Counted from the stretch's first letter, positions 27,929-38,149 are shown. The stretch is 64,000 nucleotides of DNA from Candidatus Woesearchaeota archaeon (GCA_020637435.1 JACJVW010000001.1:433060-497059); one strand, 5' to 3'. Made by a program: numbers and translations. The notes: generated by a model from the letters alone, not told the origin.

Positions 27929-28483
27929 ATCCTTGTACATGCTATGCGGCTGGAATCCGATACCTAGCTTGTTGCCCAGATACATCTGTCGTATCCGGCC
28001 AAGCTTTTCATAGCCCATGTACCTCCAAAAATCAGGATTCCGATTCTTGTTGATGAGCACAGTAAGTCCAAGTTCTCCTGCAAGCTCCTCTCTGGCCTCG
28101 ACCAAAGCTCTGCCGTAGCCTTGACCGCGCAATCTAGGATGGACAAAAATAGTCTCATTAAAAGAGTACCCGTGCTGCACGTCTAATTCAAGATGCATGT
28201 CTAATGATGCATTGCAGTAGTCCACGATGATGATGCGTTCTCCTTGTACCTGTAAAGTTGGACCTTCAGGTAGTCTTGAAAGGATAATACGCCTGATAAG
28301 ATTATGCATAAAAGCAAAGAGATACTTCTGTCTATGTAAACATTTATGAAAACCAAAGTATTCATGTACACTTCCCACTGGACAATCTGCCAGAAAAGTT
28401 ATTTTATCCAATCCAGGAACTACCAATAGGTGAAACGCAATGATACAGCATTTTGACGTAGGAGAGGCGATGGTCAATGGCAT
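27920..28483 (-). CDS. GNAT-family N-acetyltransferase (acetyl-CoA-binding C-terminal half recognisable; true start may be an internal Met)
   Basis: IFVHPRLRGQGYGRALVEAREELAGELGLTVLI matches GNAT motif A (Q/RxxGxG/A). The N-terminal 60 aa of the ORF look non-protein-like. Confidence 0.55.
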   Translation of the reverse strand: MPLTIASPTSKCCIIAFHLLVVPGLDKITFLADCPVGSVHEYFGFHKCLHRQKYLFAFMHNLIRRIILSRLPEGPTLQVQGERIIIVDYCNASLDMHLELDVQHGYSFNETIFVHPRLRGQGYGRALVEAREELAGELGLTVLINKNRNPDFWRYMGYEKLGRIRQMYLGNKLGIGFQPHSMYKDLR

Positions 28484-28781
28484 CGTCTACAATGAAGATA
28501 TCATCATCGATGATGAACAGGTCACGGAATGGATACGGGATGAGACTAACATCATCAAAGAACAAGACATCTCCGAGATACTCGAGAAAAAGCCTGATAC
28601 TATCATCTTCGGTACCGGCACAGAAGAATCCTTGATTCTCCCTGAGAACGGACGTGATGAGATAGAAGCTATGGGGATCGATGTCATCACCGCAGCGACG
28701 GACAAAGCAGTCGACCTTTACAACGAGCTTTCACGAAACAAGCGAAAAAAAATCGTCGCTTGCCTCTACCTGGGTTGCTGA
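28440..28781 (+). CDS. Mth938-like domain protein (DUF498), 113 aa
   Basis: PDTIIFGTGTEESLILPENGRDEIEAMGIDVITAATDKAVDLYNELSRNKRKKIVACLYLGC follows the Mth938-domain pattern (GtG..., T..A...yN.L..EgR...A.lHlTC). Confidence 0.55.
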   Translation: MIQHFDVGEAMVNGIVYNEDIIIDDEQVTEWIRDETNIIKEQDISEILEKKPDTIIFGTGTEESLILPENGRDEIEAMGIDVITAATDKAVDLYNELSRNKRKKIVACLYLGC

Positions 28782-29053
28782 TGGAAGACGACGAGCTCAT
28801 CAAGAAGTCTGCAAAAAAATATCTCGCAATCCTTCATCAGATCCTCCCAAATGCAAAAGTCAACTTGATAGGAGAAGATGAATTCCAGTTCGCCCCGACA
28901 GTTCAGATTCTGGTCGAGACTGACAATGTCAAAAACGCATACGCCAGACTCAAGTCCTTCGGTTTCACCATGAGCTCCGAAGTCACTGACGAATGCTACG
29001 CGACTTCTGAACAGTACAAAGTAAAATGTGAGCTCCATATAATCAAAAAATGA
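28760..29053 (+). CDS. Hypothetical protein (97 aa)
   Basis: ORF overlapping both neighbours (22 nt upstream, 4 nt downstream). No motif recognised. Confidence 0.3.
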   Translation: MPLPGLLMEDDELIKKSAKKYLAILHQILPNAKVNLIGEDEFQFAPTVQILVETDNVKNAYARLKSFGFTMSSEVTDECYATSEQYKVKCELHIIKK

Positions 29054-29802
29054 AGACAATCACAAAAAAAGAGATTCGACTTCCAAGAAAAAAAACCGAT
29101 GCAAAAAAAGGCGATGCAGGCAGAGTGCTCATCATAAGTGGTTCCGAATACTACGTAGGTGCCCCCTTTCTAGCGGCCATGGCAGCACTTCGCACCGGTT
29201 GCGATTGGGTAACTGTTGCCGCCCCTGAAAAAGTGGCATGGGCCATCAATACCATGTCCCCTGACATCATTACCATAAAACTCAAGGGCACCCACATCAC
29301 GAACGCTCACAGAACAACCCTTCAGGATCTCATCAAAAAACACGATGCTATTCTCATAGGCCCCGGCATCGGAACCAAAAACACCACCTCATACCTCATA
29401 AAAAACCTACTGAAATATGGAAAAGCCCCTTTTGTTCTTGACGCAGATGCTATAAAACTCATACAAGGCACAACACTCAAAGACACAGTACTAACACCGA
29501 ACCAAAACGAATTCAAACTCCTCACTGCGGACCCGATAAAAAACAACATTATTATCCAAAAAGGCCCGATCGACATCATCCACACCCCTCTAACACTGTA
29601 CAAGAATACAACAGGTGTGCCACGCATGGCCATAGCCGGAACAGGAGACGTGTTAGCAGGTTGCGTTGCCTCCTGGGTAGCACAAGGCCTTAACCAGGAA
29701 CAGGCAGCGATCAATGCTGTATATCTTGTTGGGAAAGCCGGAGAGGAAGCAGCTAAAGACGATAGCAGATTCATAGCAAGCGACATCCTTTACTACCTCT
29801 AG
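29050..29802 (+). CDS. ADP-dependent NAD(P)H-hydrate dehydratase (YjeF C-terminal / Nnr2 carbohydrate-kinase fold)
   Basis: KKGDAGRVLIISGSEYYVGAPFLAAMAALRTGCDWVTVAAP, GPGIGT, LDADAI and AIAGTGDVLAG are the conserved YjeF-C motifs. Confidence 0.75.
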   Translation: MKTITKKEIRLPRKKTDAKKGDAGRVLIISGSEYYVGAPFLAAMAALRTGCDWVTVAAPEKVAWAINTMSPDIITIKLKGTHITNAHRTTLQDLIKKHDAILIGPGIGTKNTTSYLIKNLLKYGKAPFVLDADAIKLIQGTTLKDTVLTPNQNEFKLLTADPIKNNIIIQKGPIDIIHTPLTLYKNTTGVPRMAIAGTGDVLAGCVASWVAQGLNQEQAAINAVYLVGKAGEEAAKDDSRFIASDILYYL

Positions 29803-29905
29803 AAAGAAGATTTGTAGCTACAGCCCCTATGAAGGGAAAATTATGCACCCAAACCTTTATAAAATAATCCCGTTTCTACCAGAAATGTTCTATAGGTGAG
29901 CATGA

Positions 29906-30307
29906 ATGAGTGGAGAAAAGACATTAAAATCCATCGGAACCCTCAACAAGGGCAATTACGTTATCATTGATGGTGTTGCGAGCATCGTCGGAGACACATC
30001 AACATCACGACCAGGAAAGCATGGTCACGCTAAAGTAAGGATGGAAGCTACAGGCATCCTCGACGGCAAGAAGCGGGTCATCGTCATGCCCGGTCACGAC
30101 AACATCGAAGTCCCTATCATCGAGAAGAAGACCGCACAGGTCCTCTCCATCTCCGGTGAAACGGCGAATGTCATGGATGCTGATAGCTATGAGACATTCG
30201 ATCTGCAGATCCCGGAAGACCTCAAAGACAAATGTGTCGAAGGATGCAATGTACTTTACTGGATCATCCTTGAAGACAAAGTCATGAAACAGGTCAAATC
30301 AGAATAA
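29906..30307 (+). CDS. eif5a: Translation initiation factor 5A (aIF5A)
   Basis: STSRPGKHGHAKVRMEATGI contains the hypusine loop (GKHGHAK). The size (133 aa) is correct. Confidence 0.9.
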   Translation: MSGEKTLKSIGTLNKGNYVIIDGVASIVGDTSTSRPGKHGHAKVRMEATGILDGKKRVIVMPGHDNIEVPIIEKKTAQVLSISGETANVMDADSYETFDLQIPEDLKDKCVEGCNVLYWIILEDKVMKQVKSE

Positions 30308-30318
30308 AGTGATATAGT

Positions 30319-30480
30319 ATGGCTAAATTTCCAGAAGCTGAAGCAAGACTCCTAAAGAGGAAGTTCGTCTGCAGAAAATGCAAGAGCTCTATTAGCACAT
30401 CCAATATGTTGGTGCTGCAAAAGAAAGTGAAATGCAGAAAATGCGGATCCCCTGAACTTCGTCCGGTCAGAAAGAAATGA
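30319..30480 (+). CDS. rpl40e: Ribosomal protein L40e (53 aa, C4 zinc ribbon), not in the ORF track because it is under 60 aa
   Basis: MAKFPEAEARLLKRKFVCRKCKSSISTSNMLVLQKKVKCRKCGSPELRPVRKK closely matches the archaeal L40e consensus. The stop overlaps the GlyRS start (ATGA). Confidence 0.8.
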   Translation: MAKFPEAEARLLKRKFVCRKCKSSISTSNMLVLQKKVKCRKCGSPELRPVRKK

Positions 30481-31976
30481 TTCCCATCGATGAGATGGCC
30501 ACCTTCTGTAAGAAGAAGGGCTTCGTGTATCCCAGTGCGGAGATATACAACGGCATCTCCGGTTTCTTTGATTTTGGCGCGCTTGGTGTTGAACTGAAGA
30601 ACAATATCAAGCAGGCATGGTGGCAGTTCACCGTCAGGTCTAGAGACAATGTCGTAGGCCAGGACGGCAGCATCATCACCAATCCAAAAGTGTGGAAAGC
30701 CTCAGGGCATGTCGACAATTTCGCGGACTTGATCCTGACAACAAAAAAATCGCGCACGAAATTAAGGGCTGACCATTTCATTGAGGACGAACTTAAGATT
30801 CCTGCCGACGGACTGAGCGCAAAAGATATCCAGGAACTTATCGACACGAACAAGCTCACCTACAAAGGAGAGGAGTTCGAAGAGATAAGAGATTTCAACC
30901 TTATGTTCCAGACAAACGTAGGCGCCTCGAACGACAAAGAGGCTACAGCCTACCTCAGGCCGGAGACCTGCCAGAGTATCTTCCCCAATTTCCGTTTGAT
31001 CCAGGAACACAACCGGCTCAAAGTACCATTCGGTATCGCGCAGATTGGTAAAGCCTTCAGAAACGAGATATCTCCAAGGGATTTTCTTTTCCGTTCACGT
31101 GAATTTGAACAGATGGAGCTTGAATTCTTTACTGACCCGCAAGAGAAGACTTGTCCGGCTCTCACAGATGTGCACAAGAACACAACGTTTCAGTTCCTTT
31201 CAGCTCAAGAGCAGGACGCTGGCACAAACAAGATGGAAACAGTATCCATCCAGAAGCTTCTGGACAAAGAGAAGCTCACCGAATGGCATGCCTACTGGCT
31301 AAGCGAGTACTACAACTGGTATACCAAAACCCTCAGTATAAAATCGGAAAATCTACGGATACGTGAACATGTCAAGACTGAGCTTTCACATTACTCCTCA
31401 GCAACATTCGACATAGACTATAATTTCCCCTTTGGTTTCAAAGAAGTGCATGGCTCAGCCAACCGGGGAAGCTTTGATCTTTCCCAGCACGAGAAAGAAT
31501 CCAAGACTAACATGACCTATTTTGATGAAGCCGAACAGAGGAAATACATCCCCTCGGTAATTGAACCTTCACAGGGTCTTGACCGACTGTTCCTGCTTAT
31601 GCTCTATGACGCGTACGATGATGATAATGAACGCGGAAACATTGTGCTCAAACTGACAAAGTCCGTAGTGCCGATCCAGTGCGCAGTCTTCCCCTTGCTT
31701 GGAAAAGAACATCTCATGGCCAAAGCCACCGAAATCTACAAGGACTTACAGCAAGAATTCACCTGCACTTTCGACAAATCAGGATCAATCGGAAGAAGGT
31801 ACGCCAGACAGGACGAACTAGGCACGCCATTCTGTATCACCGTCGATTTTGATACTCTGGAGAACGACGACGTTACCATCCGTGATCGGGACTCCACGAA
31901 ACAGGTACGCGTACCTGTAGCAGAGCTTAAAGAACGTCTCAGAAATCTCCTTAAAGAAAACATCGAGTTCTCATAA
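30477..31976 (+). CDS. glyS: Glycyl-tRNA synthetase, archaeal/eukaryotic alpha2 type (class II)
   Basis: FVYPSAEIYNGISGFFDFGALGVELKNNIKQAWW at the N-terminus, class II motifs (FRNEISPRDFLFRSREFEQMELEFF) and a C-terminal anticodon-binding domain. Confidence 0.85.
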   Translation: MIPIDEMATFCKKKGFVYPSAEIYNGISGFFDFGALGVELKNNIKQAWWQFTVRSRDNVVGQDGSIITNPKVWKASGHVDNFADLILTTKKSRTKLRADHFIEDELKIPADGLSAKDIQELIDTNKLTYKGEEFEEIRDFNLMFQTNVGASNDKEATAYLRPETCQSIFPNFRLIQEHNRLKVPFGIAQIGKAFRNEISPRDFLFRSREFEQMELEFFTDPQEKTCPALTDVHKNTTFQFLSAQEQDAGTNKMETVSIQKLLDKEKLTEWHAYWLSEYYNWYTKTLSIKSENLRIREHVKTELSHYSSATFDIDYNFPFGFKEVHGSANRGSFDLSQHEKESKTNMTYFDEAEQRKYIPSVIEPSQGLDRLFLLMLYDAYDDDNERGNIVLKLTKSVVPIQCAVFPLLGKEHLMAKATEIYKDLQQEFTCTFDKSGSIGRRYARQDELGTPFCITVDFDTLENDDVTIRDRDSTKQVRVPVAELKERLRNLLKENIEFS

Positions 31977-32900
31977 TCGTACATAAGTGCCAGTGATAGT
32001 TTGACAATACATATCCCGAAGAATATGGGGAGTGTTGCCATTGGCTATAAGCAGAGGAATATTCGATGCGATTCTTGCTGCTCCTGCTTTTGAAGCCATC
32101 CCACCCTTACCATTAGGTGTCTGTTCGTTGACAACTTGCGCATTGAAATAGTCCAGGTTATCGATATGTTCAATGACCTGCTTGGTACCTGCTTCATATT
32201 TGGCCCTGTCATAGACACCATCGACTGATGTGAGAATGACCAAAAGATCTGCTAAGAACGCGTTGGCTGCGTATGCAGCAAGCGCATCGTTATCCCCGAA
32301 ACTTATCTCTTCTATCGCAAGCGTATCATTTTCGTTCATGATAGGAATAACATTGTGTTCCTTGTGAAGCAATGCTTCCATAGTCTGTTTTAGACGGTAA
32401 TGACGCTCAAGTTTTCCGTTAAGCAATTGGATGAACGGCTGCATAAGTTCCCTATCCGCTTCATCAAGGTCCGTAGTACTCACCGGTCGATCAGGGGTAT
32501 ACGTAGCGATATATTCTGAGATAGGAAAAAGCTGATGGACACGTTTAGGTATCTGCTTCGCATAGGAAAGCACATCTAGATCCCCTCTGGTCACAAGGAT
32601 AGGGGCGGCATGCAGATTATACGACGCAAGCGCAGACTCATACATCTGTGCAAGCGGTATCTGACCGACAGCCGCAAGCGCCTGATTTCGTGCCATACCT
32701 TCTGCCATATGCAGCGATGTCACCATCTTACCGTTCTTGATAGCGCCGCTGGAGACCACCACAATATCCTTTCCGTCCGCCTTCAGTCCTGCGATATCTT
32801 CGGCATAGCACTGGATGTTCGTCTGATTCACAAGATCAGAACCTATTTTGACGATGATCCTTTCAGCATCTCTTGCAATCTCTTCAAGCATGAACCTCAA
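31971..32900 (-). CDS. proB: Amino-acid-kinase family protein, most like glutamate 5-kinase (ProB) without a PUA domain
   Basis: Ordered motifs IIVKIGS, VVVSSGAI, AAVGQ, GDNDALAAYAA, LLVILTSVDGVYD and GKGGMASKAGAA match the ProB-type carbamate/amino-acid kinase fold. No proA is adjacent. Confidence 0.6.
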   Translation of the reverse strand: MRFMLEEIARDAERIIVKIGSDLVNQTNIQCYAEDIAGLKADGKDIVVVSSGAIKNGKMVTSLHMAEGMARNQALAAVGQIPLAQMYESALASYNLHAAPILVTRGDLDVLSYAKQIPKRVHQLFPISEYIATYTPDRPVSTTDLDEADRELMQPFIQLLNGKLERHYRLKQTMEALLHKEHNVIPIMNENDTLAIEEISFGDNDALAAYAANAFLADLLVILTSVDGVYDRAKYEAGTKQVIEHIDNLDYFNAQVVNEQTPNGKGGMASKAGAARIASNIPLLIANGNTPHILRDMYCQTITGTYVRL

Positions 32901-33081
32901 GAAACATAATAAGGTTTTTAATCCTTATTCATCGATTCATCCATATCAAGAGGTGTGCTTCATTATGTGCAACCAGAACAAAGAACTCCCTAAGGGAATG
33001 TGAACACAAGTGAGACGGTTTAATAATCTTTTGTTTGCTTCGAACACCATGTTCCTATCTATACATTTCTGACAAAAAACT

Positions 33082-33089
33082 TTTATAAA
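33082..33089 (+). promoter_or_regulatory. TATA box (tttataaa) preceded by an A-rich BRE-like stretch, about 30 nt upstream of the pyrG ATG
   Basis: gacaaaaaacTTTTATAAAcacc, with the ATG at 33115. The spacing implies a leaderless or very short-leader mRNA. Confidence 0.55.
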
Positions 33090-33114
33090 CACCTGGAGCA
33101 AGGAGAATCCTTGG

Positions 33115-34737
33115 ATGTCCTACGCAAAATTCATCATAGTCACCGGCGGTGTCCTTTCCGGCCTTGGAAAGGGGATCATATCTGCTTCTATCGCAAGACT
33201 GCTCTCATCCAGCAACAGAATAGTCACAATAAAGTGTGACGGGTATCTAAACGTCGATCCTGGAACCATGAACCCTATCGAGCACGGAGAAGTTTTTGTG
33301 CTTGACGACGGCGGCGAAGTGGACCTTGATTTCGGACACTATGAGCGTTTCCTTAATATCGACGCAAAATTCACCTGGAATCTGACTTCAGGAAAGATTT
33401 TCAAAGAAATAATCGACAAAGAACGCAAAGGAGATTACCTAGGCAAGACCGTCCAGATGATTCCCCACGTCACGGACCTCATCAAGAGCAAATTCTTTCA
33501 GATAGCAAAATCTGAAGATGCGGACATTGTGCTTATCGAGATGGGAGGTACCATAGGGGATATGGAGATGATGCTCTTCAATGAAGCTGCACGACAGCTC
33601 AAGATGGACGTTGGCGCAGACAATATCCTCTACGTGCACCTGACTTATGTCCCAGAACTGGAATGCGTAGGCGAACAAAAGTCAAAACCCACGCAGCAGA
33701 GCACAGAACTGCTTAGAAAGATAGGCATACAGCCGAACATAATCATCGGCAGATCAAGAAGGATGCTAGACGATGACATAAAAGAAAAGATTGCGCTCTT
33801 CTCAAACATCGACAAAGCTCATGTCGTCTCTGACCCGGACATTCAGACAGTCTATGAATTGCCGCTCATCTTCCAAAAAGAAGGCTTGCCCTATCTGCTT
33901 CGAAATATGCTCAAAGTCAAGGACAAGGCAAACCTCACAAAGTGGTCCAGACTCGTCTCCGCGATAAAGAATCCAAAACATGAAGTGACGATAGCTATCT
34001 GCGGAAAGTATACAAAATTGCATGATTCTTATCTTAGCATAAGTGAAGCGCTCGTGCATGCAGGCGCGCACTATGAGACCAAAGTCCACCTCAAATGGTT
34101 GGAGACAACAGACATTGAGAACGGCAGACGTACTGTCGAGGAGTCCCTCAAAGGCATCGACGGAGTCATCGTACCGGGAGGCTTTGGCAGCAGAGGTACA
34201 GAAGGAAAGATAGAGGTCATCCGCTACGCACGAGAGAATAAGATTCCTTTCCTCGGGATCTGTCTGGGTTTCCAGTTGGCAGTCATAGAGTTCGCAAGAA
34301 ACGTCTGTGGACTCAAGAAGGCGAATAGTACAGAGATTGCGGACACACCAGAACCCGTCATATGCCTCCTGCCCGAACAGATGAAGGTGGAGACAAAAGG
34401 CGGGACCATGCGTCTTGGCGGAAGGGATATAAGGATATCAAAAGATTCTCAGGCATACAAGATCTACAATGCAGAATCCATCAGAGAACGATTTAGGCAT
34501 AGATACGAAGTGAATCCTGAGTATGTTGAGACACTCGAAAAGAAAGGTATAGTCTTTAGCGGAACAACCCCTGATAAAAGCATCATGCAGATAATGGAAC
34601 TGCCGGACCACCCTTGCTACGTATCCGGCCAGTATCATCCTGAACTTTCTTCAAGACTTGAACGGCCGGCACCGCTCTTCCTTAATCTGGTGAAAGCTGC
34701 AAGATCATTTGCCGAACACCGTTCGCGCACGAACTGA
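33115..34737 (+). CDS. pyrG: CTP synthase (amidoligase plus class I glutamine amidotransferase)
   Basis: MSYAKFIIVTGGVLSGLGKGIISASIARLL is the canonical PyrG N-terminus. The GATase triad region GICLGFQ is present. Confidence 0.9.
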   Translation: MSYAKFIIVTGGVLSGLGKGIISASIARLLSSSNRIVTIKCDGYLNVDPGTMNPIEHGEVFVLDDGGEVDLDFGHYERFLNIDAKFTWNLTSGKIFKEIIDKERKGDYLGKTVQMIPHVTDLIKSKFFQIAKSEDADIVLIEMGGTIGDMEMMLFNEAARQLKMDVGADNILYVHLTYVPELECVGEQKSKPTQQSTELLRKIGIQPNIIIGRSRRMLDDDIKEKIALFSNIDKAHVVSDPDIQTVYELPLIFQKEGLPYLLRNMLKVKDKANLTKWSRLVSAIKNPKHEVTIAICGKYTKLHDSYLSISEALVHAGAHYETKVHLKWLETTDIENGRRTVEESLKGIDGVIVPGGFGSRGTEGKIEVIRYARENKIPFLGICLGFQLAVIEFARNVCGLKKANSTEIADTPEPVICLLPEQMKVETKGGTMRLGGRDIRISKDSQAYKIYNAESIRERFRHRYEVNPEYVETLEKKGIVFSGTTPDKSIMQIMELPDHPCYVSGQYHPELSSRLERPAPLFLNLVKAARSFAEHRSRTN

Positions 34738-35605
34738 ACTGCTCTTTCTCTAGATCAGTCATGCTTAGCTCGATGATCGCATCAACCCCTTTTTTGCCAA
34801 GCCTTACCGGAACCCCTACAAACACGCCTTCTTCACCATACTCACCTTCAAGTAGGACACTGCACGGAAGTACCTCTTTAGAATCCTTGATGATGGCGCG
34901 AACCATATCGAGAACAGCGACAGCAGGTGCATAGTACGCACTGCCTGTCTTAAGAAGCCCTACTATCTCGGCACCTCCTTGTTGCGTCCGTTCAACAAGA
35001 GCTGCGATCTGTTTCGTTGAGAGCACTTGACTAAGAGGTTGATTTCTAATCGTGCAGTGAGAGATGAGCGGCACCATCAGGTCACCGTGACTGCCAAGTA
35101 CCATGGCATCTACATCGCTAAAACTGCAACAGGCTTCCTTCGCCAGGAAAGTCTTGAATCTTAGTGTATCTAGGACACCAGCCATACCGATGACCCTTTC
35201 CTTCGGTAGACGGCTGACCTGATGTGCGATATGCACCATCACATCAAGAGGATTGGACACGATGATTAGGATGGGATTCTCGGTGTGATGCATCACTTGA
35301 GGAACTATGCTTTTCATGATACCTGCATTTGTAAAGACCAGGTCATCTCTGCTCATGCCGGGCTTCCGCGGCACACCTGCGGTGATGACGACAATATCCG
35401 CTCCCCTAAGCGCTGCATAATCATCCCCGCCCTTCACGATAACTTCGGTCCCTAAACTTGGTACGGCCTGCTGGATATCGAGTGCTTTACCCGCTGCCAT
35501 GTCGCCCGAGATATCGACTAGAGCGATATCTCCAAGTCCCTGTAATGCTGCGTAGAACGCCACCGTACTACCTACATTACCTGCTCCCACCACACCTATC
35601 TTCAT
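34682..35605 (-). CDS. mdh: Malate/L-lactate dehydrogenase (LDH/MDH family), 307 aa
   Basis: MKIGVVGAGNVGSTVAFYAA Rossmann motif, ITAGVPRKPGMSRDDL substrate loop and catalytic His region. The 3' end overlaps pyrG convergently by 56 nt. Confidence 0.85.
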   Translation of the reverse strand: MKIGVVGAGNVGSTVAFYAALQGLGDIALVDISGDMAAGKALDIQQAVPSLGTEVIVKGGDDYAALRGADIVVITAGVPRKPGMSRDDLVFTNAGIMKSIVPQVMHHTENPILIIVSNPLDVMVHIAHQVSRLPKERVIGMAGVLDTLRFKTFLAKEACCSFSDVDAMVLGSHGDLMVPLISHCTIRNQPLSQVLSTKQIAALVERTQQGGAEIVGLLKTGSAYYAPAVAVLDMVRAIIKDSKEVLPCSVLLEGEYGEEGVFVGVPVRLGKKGVDAIIELSMTDLEKEQFSSCANGVRQMILQLSPD

Positions 35606-36798
35606 GAAAGATCACCTATCGCTTTTGCAATATTCCCGAATAATCGGGGAAGTTTTTTTTTACTTGCACCTGAGAATGCGACCCTTATCTGATCACCTAA
35701 CCGCACCACTCCCGTGTCATAAGCTTCGAGCAGGCGTAGGCGCACCTTCTCCGCATCCACAGGAGGGCTTACGCACATAAAATATCCTGAGTTAAAAGGA
35801 AGTGTTGTTAGCCCATACTGATTGACAAGTTGCCTTACAAGCACATAGCGTTCCCGCATCGTATCGAACGCCTTTTGTTTGTCCGCTGCATAGCTGCCGT
35901 CCTTGTACGCTTCGACAAGGAGGCTCTGGCTAAGTTGACTCGCGTTGGACACTGTCCCGCGCACCACTGCTGCTGCCTTATCCTCAAGCGCAGCATAATC
36001 AATATTCTGGCCACCAAAACTTATGAAGCCGACTCGAAGTCCCCAGGCAAGATCCTCTTTGGTAGCTCCATCTATCTTGACCGCAAGAAGGTTTACATGC
36101 GCATCCGCAAGGATACTGAACATGCTCTGCGTAAACGTGTCTTCGAAAAACAATTCAAAATAAGCATCATCACAGAGCACCACCACATCATTGCCTCGTT
36201 CTGCCGACGCCACGAGCACATCTTTGATGGCATATGCAATCTCTCTTGAGGGCGAATAGCCTGTTGGATTATGAGGAAAATTGAGAAGTACTATCTGTTT
36301 ACCCGTTTGCTTCTGTAGAACAGCAGCAAGTCCGGCGACATTGAATGCGCTATCATCAAAAAGAGGGTAAGTCTTGATCTTAGCTCCATACACATCTCCA
36401 AGTGCCAGATCATAATTATCCCAGTAATGGTCCGGAAGGATGACCTGGTCGCCCTCATCGCAGAACAGATAACCGGCGATGCTCACCCCATGCGTCAAGC
36501 CTGCAGTGACTACAGGATTGCTAAAGTCTCCAAGACTTGGATTCTTCAAGCGGATGTGCTCCTTCCAAAGCTTTCGAAGTTCAGGGTTGCCGTAACTTGA
36601 TGCGTACGAGAATACATCCTTTGCGGCCATATCAATCTTATTGCCTATGGCTCCAAGGTGCATCGGTGCGCCGTCATCTGTGAGGGCGATACCTGCGGTT
36701 GCGTTGATAGTCATATCCTTCGCCTCTGCGATCTGAGATATCAGACCCTTCTTTGGAAATTGAATATCCTTGCCTCGTCTTGAAAGAAATCGTTCCAT
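35602..36798 (-). CDS. Class I/II PLP-dependent aminotransferase (about 398 aa from Met at 36798)
   Basis: NFPHNPTGYSPS and the KxxxxxGxRVGF PLP-lysine region. The start is placed at MERFLSRRG because a TATA-like ttttaaata (about 36820-36828) sits about 25 nt upstream, which the longer track ORF would engulf. Confidence 0.7.
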   Translation of the reverse strand: MERFLSRRGKDIQFPKKGLISQIAEAKDMTINATAGIALTDDGAPMHLGAIGNKIDMAAKDVFSYASSYGNPELRKLWKEHIRLKNPSLGDFSNPVVTAGLTHGVSIAGYLFCDEGDQVILPDHYWDNYDLALGDVYGAKIKTYPLFDDSAFNVAGLAAVLQKQTGKQIVLLNFPHNPTGYSPSREIAYAIKDVLVASAERGNDVVVLCDDAYFELFFEDTFTQSMFSILADAHVNLLAVKIDGATKEDLAWGLRVGFISFGGQNIDYAALEDKAAAVVRGTVSNASQLSQSLLVEAYKDGSYAADKQKAFDTMRERYVLVRQLVNQYGLTTLPFNSGYFMCVSPPVDAEKVRLRLLEAYDTGVVRLGDQIRVAFSGASKKKLPRLFGNIAKAIGDLS

Positions 36799-37028
36799 GC
36801 TACAAACATAACATATAATTCTATTTAAAATGCACCTACGGTTGCACAAACTAAAAAAGACGCAACTCAATGAATTGAGCTGCACTAAGTATGTACAGCA
36901 GCACCTAGAGGGGAATGATGAAAAACTAGCATACCTTAATCCGGCAGAATTGTCCCTACAGGCCTCAGAGCGTAAAAATCCAAGGAGAAAGCTTTATAAA
37001 CCAACTTGGGTTTCTCCGCAGTACAGGT

Positions 37029-37347
37029 GTTAGAGAGCATGAAAATACCTAAACTAATGAACAGATACTGCCCGAAGTGCAAAAAGCACACGGAGCACAA
37101 AGTCGAACAGGCGAAGAAAAGGACTGCTAGTTCACTCTCCTATGGTTCTAAGTACAGAGCTCGAGACAGAGGCTCAGCACGAGGTACAGGTAACCTCGGA
37201 CGTTACTCAAAACCAGCCATCAGTAAATTCAAGATGACCGGTGCCAAGGTCTCCAAGAAGACTGATCTCAGATACGTCTGCAAAGAGTGCAAGAAGACGC
37301 ATATGCAGAATAAAGGTATCCGAGCTAAACGAGTAGAGTTTATCTAA
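37029..37347 (+). CDS. rpl44e: Ribosomal protein L44e (eL42), C4 zinc-binding
   Basis: MKIPKLMNRYCPKCKKHTEHKV...KTDLRYVCKECKKTHMQNKGIRAKRVEF matches L44e. TATA tttataaa at 36992-36999 lies about 33 nt upstream of this Met rather than the upstream in-frame Met. Confidence 0.8.
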
Positions 37348-37381
37348 GCATTTTTTATACTTATTAATCCCTTTCTGACGT

Positions 37382-38149
37382 ATGCGAATACACATACTCA
37401 ATAGTCTAGTCGCCATAGTTGTGTTATGCTATATTTTTTTCGGCCTCTTCATAACGCTCAACCAGTCGGGTATGATCTACTACCCGGACAGAACAGACTT
37501 TCGAACATGTCCAGGATTCTTCGACTATGAAAAACATGCATACAACACGACCAGATATTACCAAAAGTCGGGCGATGAAAACTATGTAGTGTTTTTCCAT
37601 GGAAACGCAGGTTCCGCATGTGACAGAGCTGAGTTGCGGCCCATCCTGGAAAAAGAAAACAACACCGTCATCTTCGTCGAATATGCCGGCTATTCAGCAG
37701 ATGAGGCCAGACCTTCAGCAGCAGCTATACTCCAAAACGCAAGAGACATAGTACAGGTCATTCCTGACCACGCTGACATAACAGTCATAGGAGAAAGCAT
37801 TGGTACCGGACCTGCATCCTACTTTGCCAGTATCAGGAGTACTCAAAAGATCATCCTTCGCTCTCCTTTCCACGATCTGCGAGAACTTGTGCAGAAAAAA
37901 TTCCCCCTCTACCCCGTATCATTGCTACTTAAAGAACATTACCCCAATACCGAGTGGTTGGCATCCTCAGATGCGGATATCCTCATAATACATGGTTCAG
38001 CAGACATCGTCATCCCGATGACCTCTTCACAAAAGATAAAAGATCTGCTACCTACCAAGAATATCACCTATGTGACTATTGTGGGAGCCGGACACAACGA
38101 CATATATCTCTTCTCAAAAACAAGAGAATCCATACACAGATTCATCTGA
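37382..38149 (+). CDS. Membrane-anchored alpha/beta-hydrolase fold protein (255 aa)
   Basis: N-terminal TM helix (LNSLVAIVVLCYIFFGLFITL), then VVFFHGNAGSA, a nucleophile-elbow-like GESIGTG and a C-terminal GAGHND. Confidence 0.65.
   Translation: MRIHILNSLVAIVVLCYIFFGLFITLNQSGMIYYPDRTDFRTCPGFFDYEKHAYNTTRYYQKSGDENYVVFFHGNAGSACDRAELRPILEKENNTVIFVEYAGYSADEARPSAAAILQNARDIVQVIPDHADITVIGESIGTGPASYFASIRSTQKIILRSPFHDLRELVQKKFPLYPVSLLLKEHYPNTEWLASSDADILIIHGSADIVIPMTSSQKIKDLLPTKNITYVTIVGAGHNDIYLFSKTRESIHRFI

Noticed and set aside
36799-36885. N-terminal 29 codons of the track ORF for the aminotransferase
   Set aside because: It would place the TATA-like element inside the coding sequence. The internal Met at 36798 has correct promoter spacing.
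36830-37033. 67-aa plus-strand ORF upstream of L44e
   Set aside because: It sits in a promoter/UTR region and contains the L44e TATA box. No coding signal.
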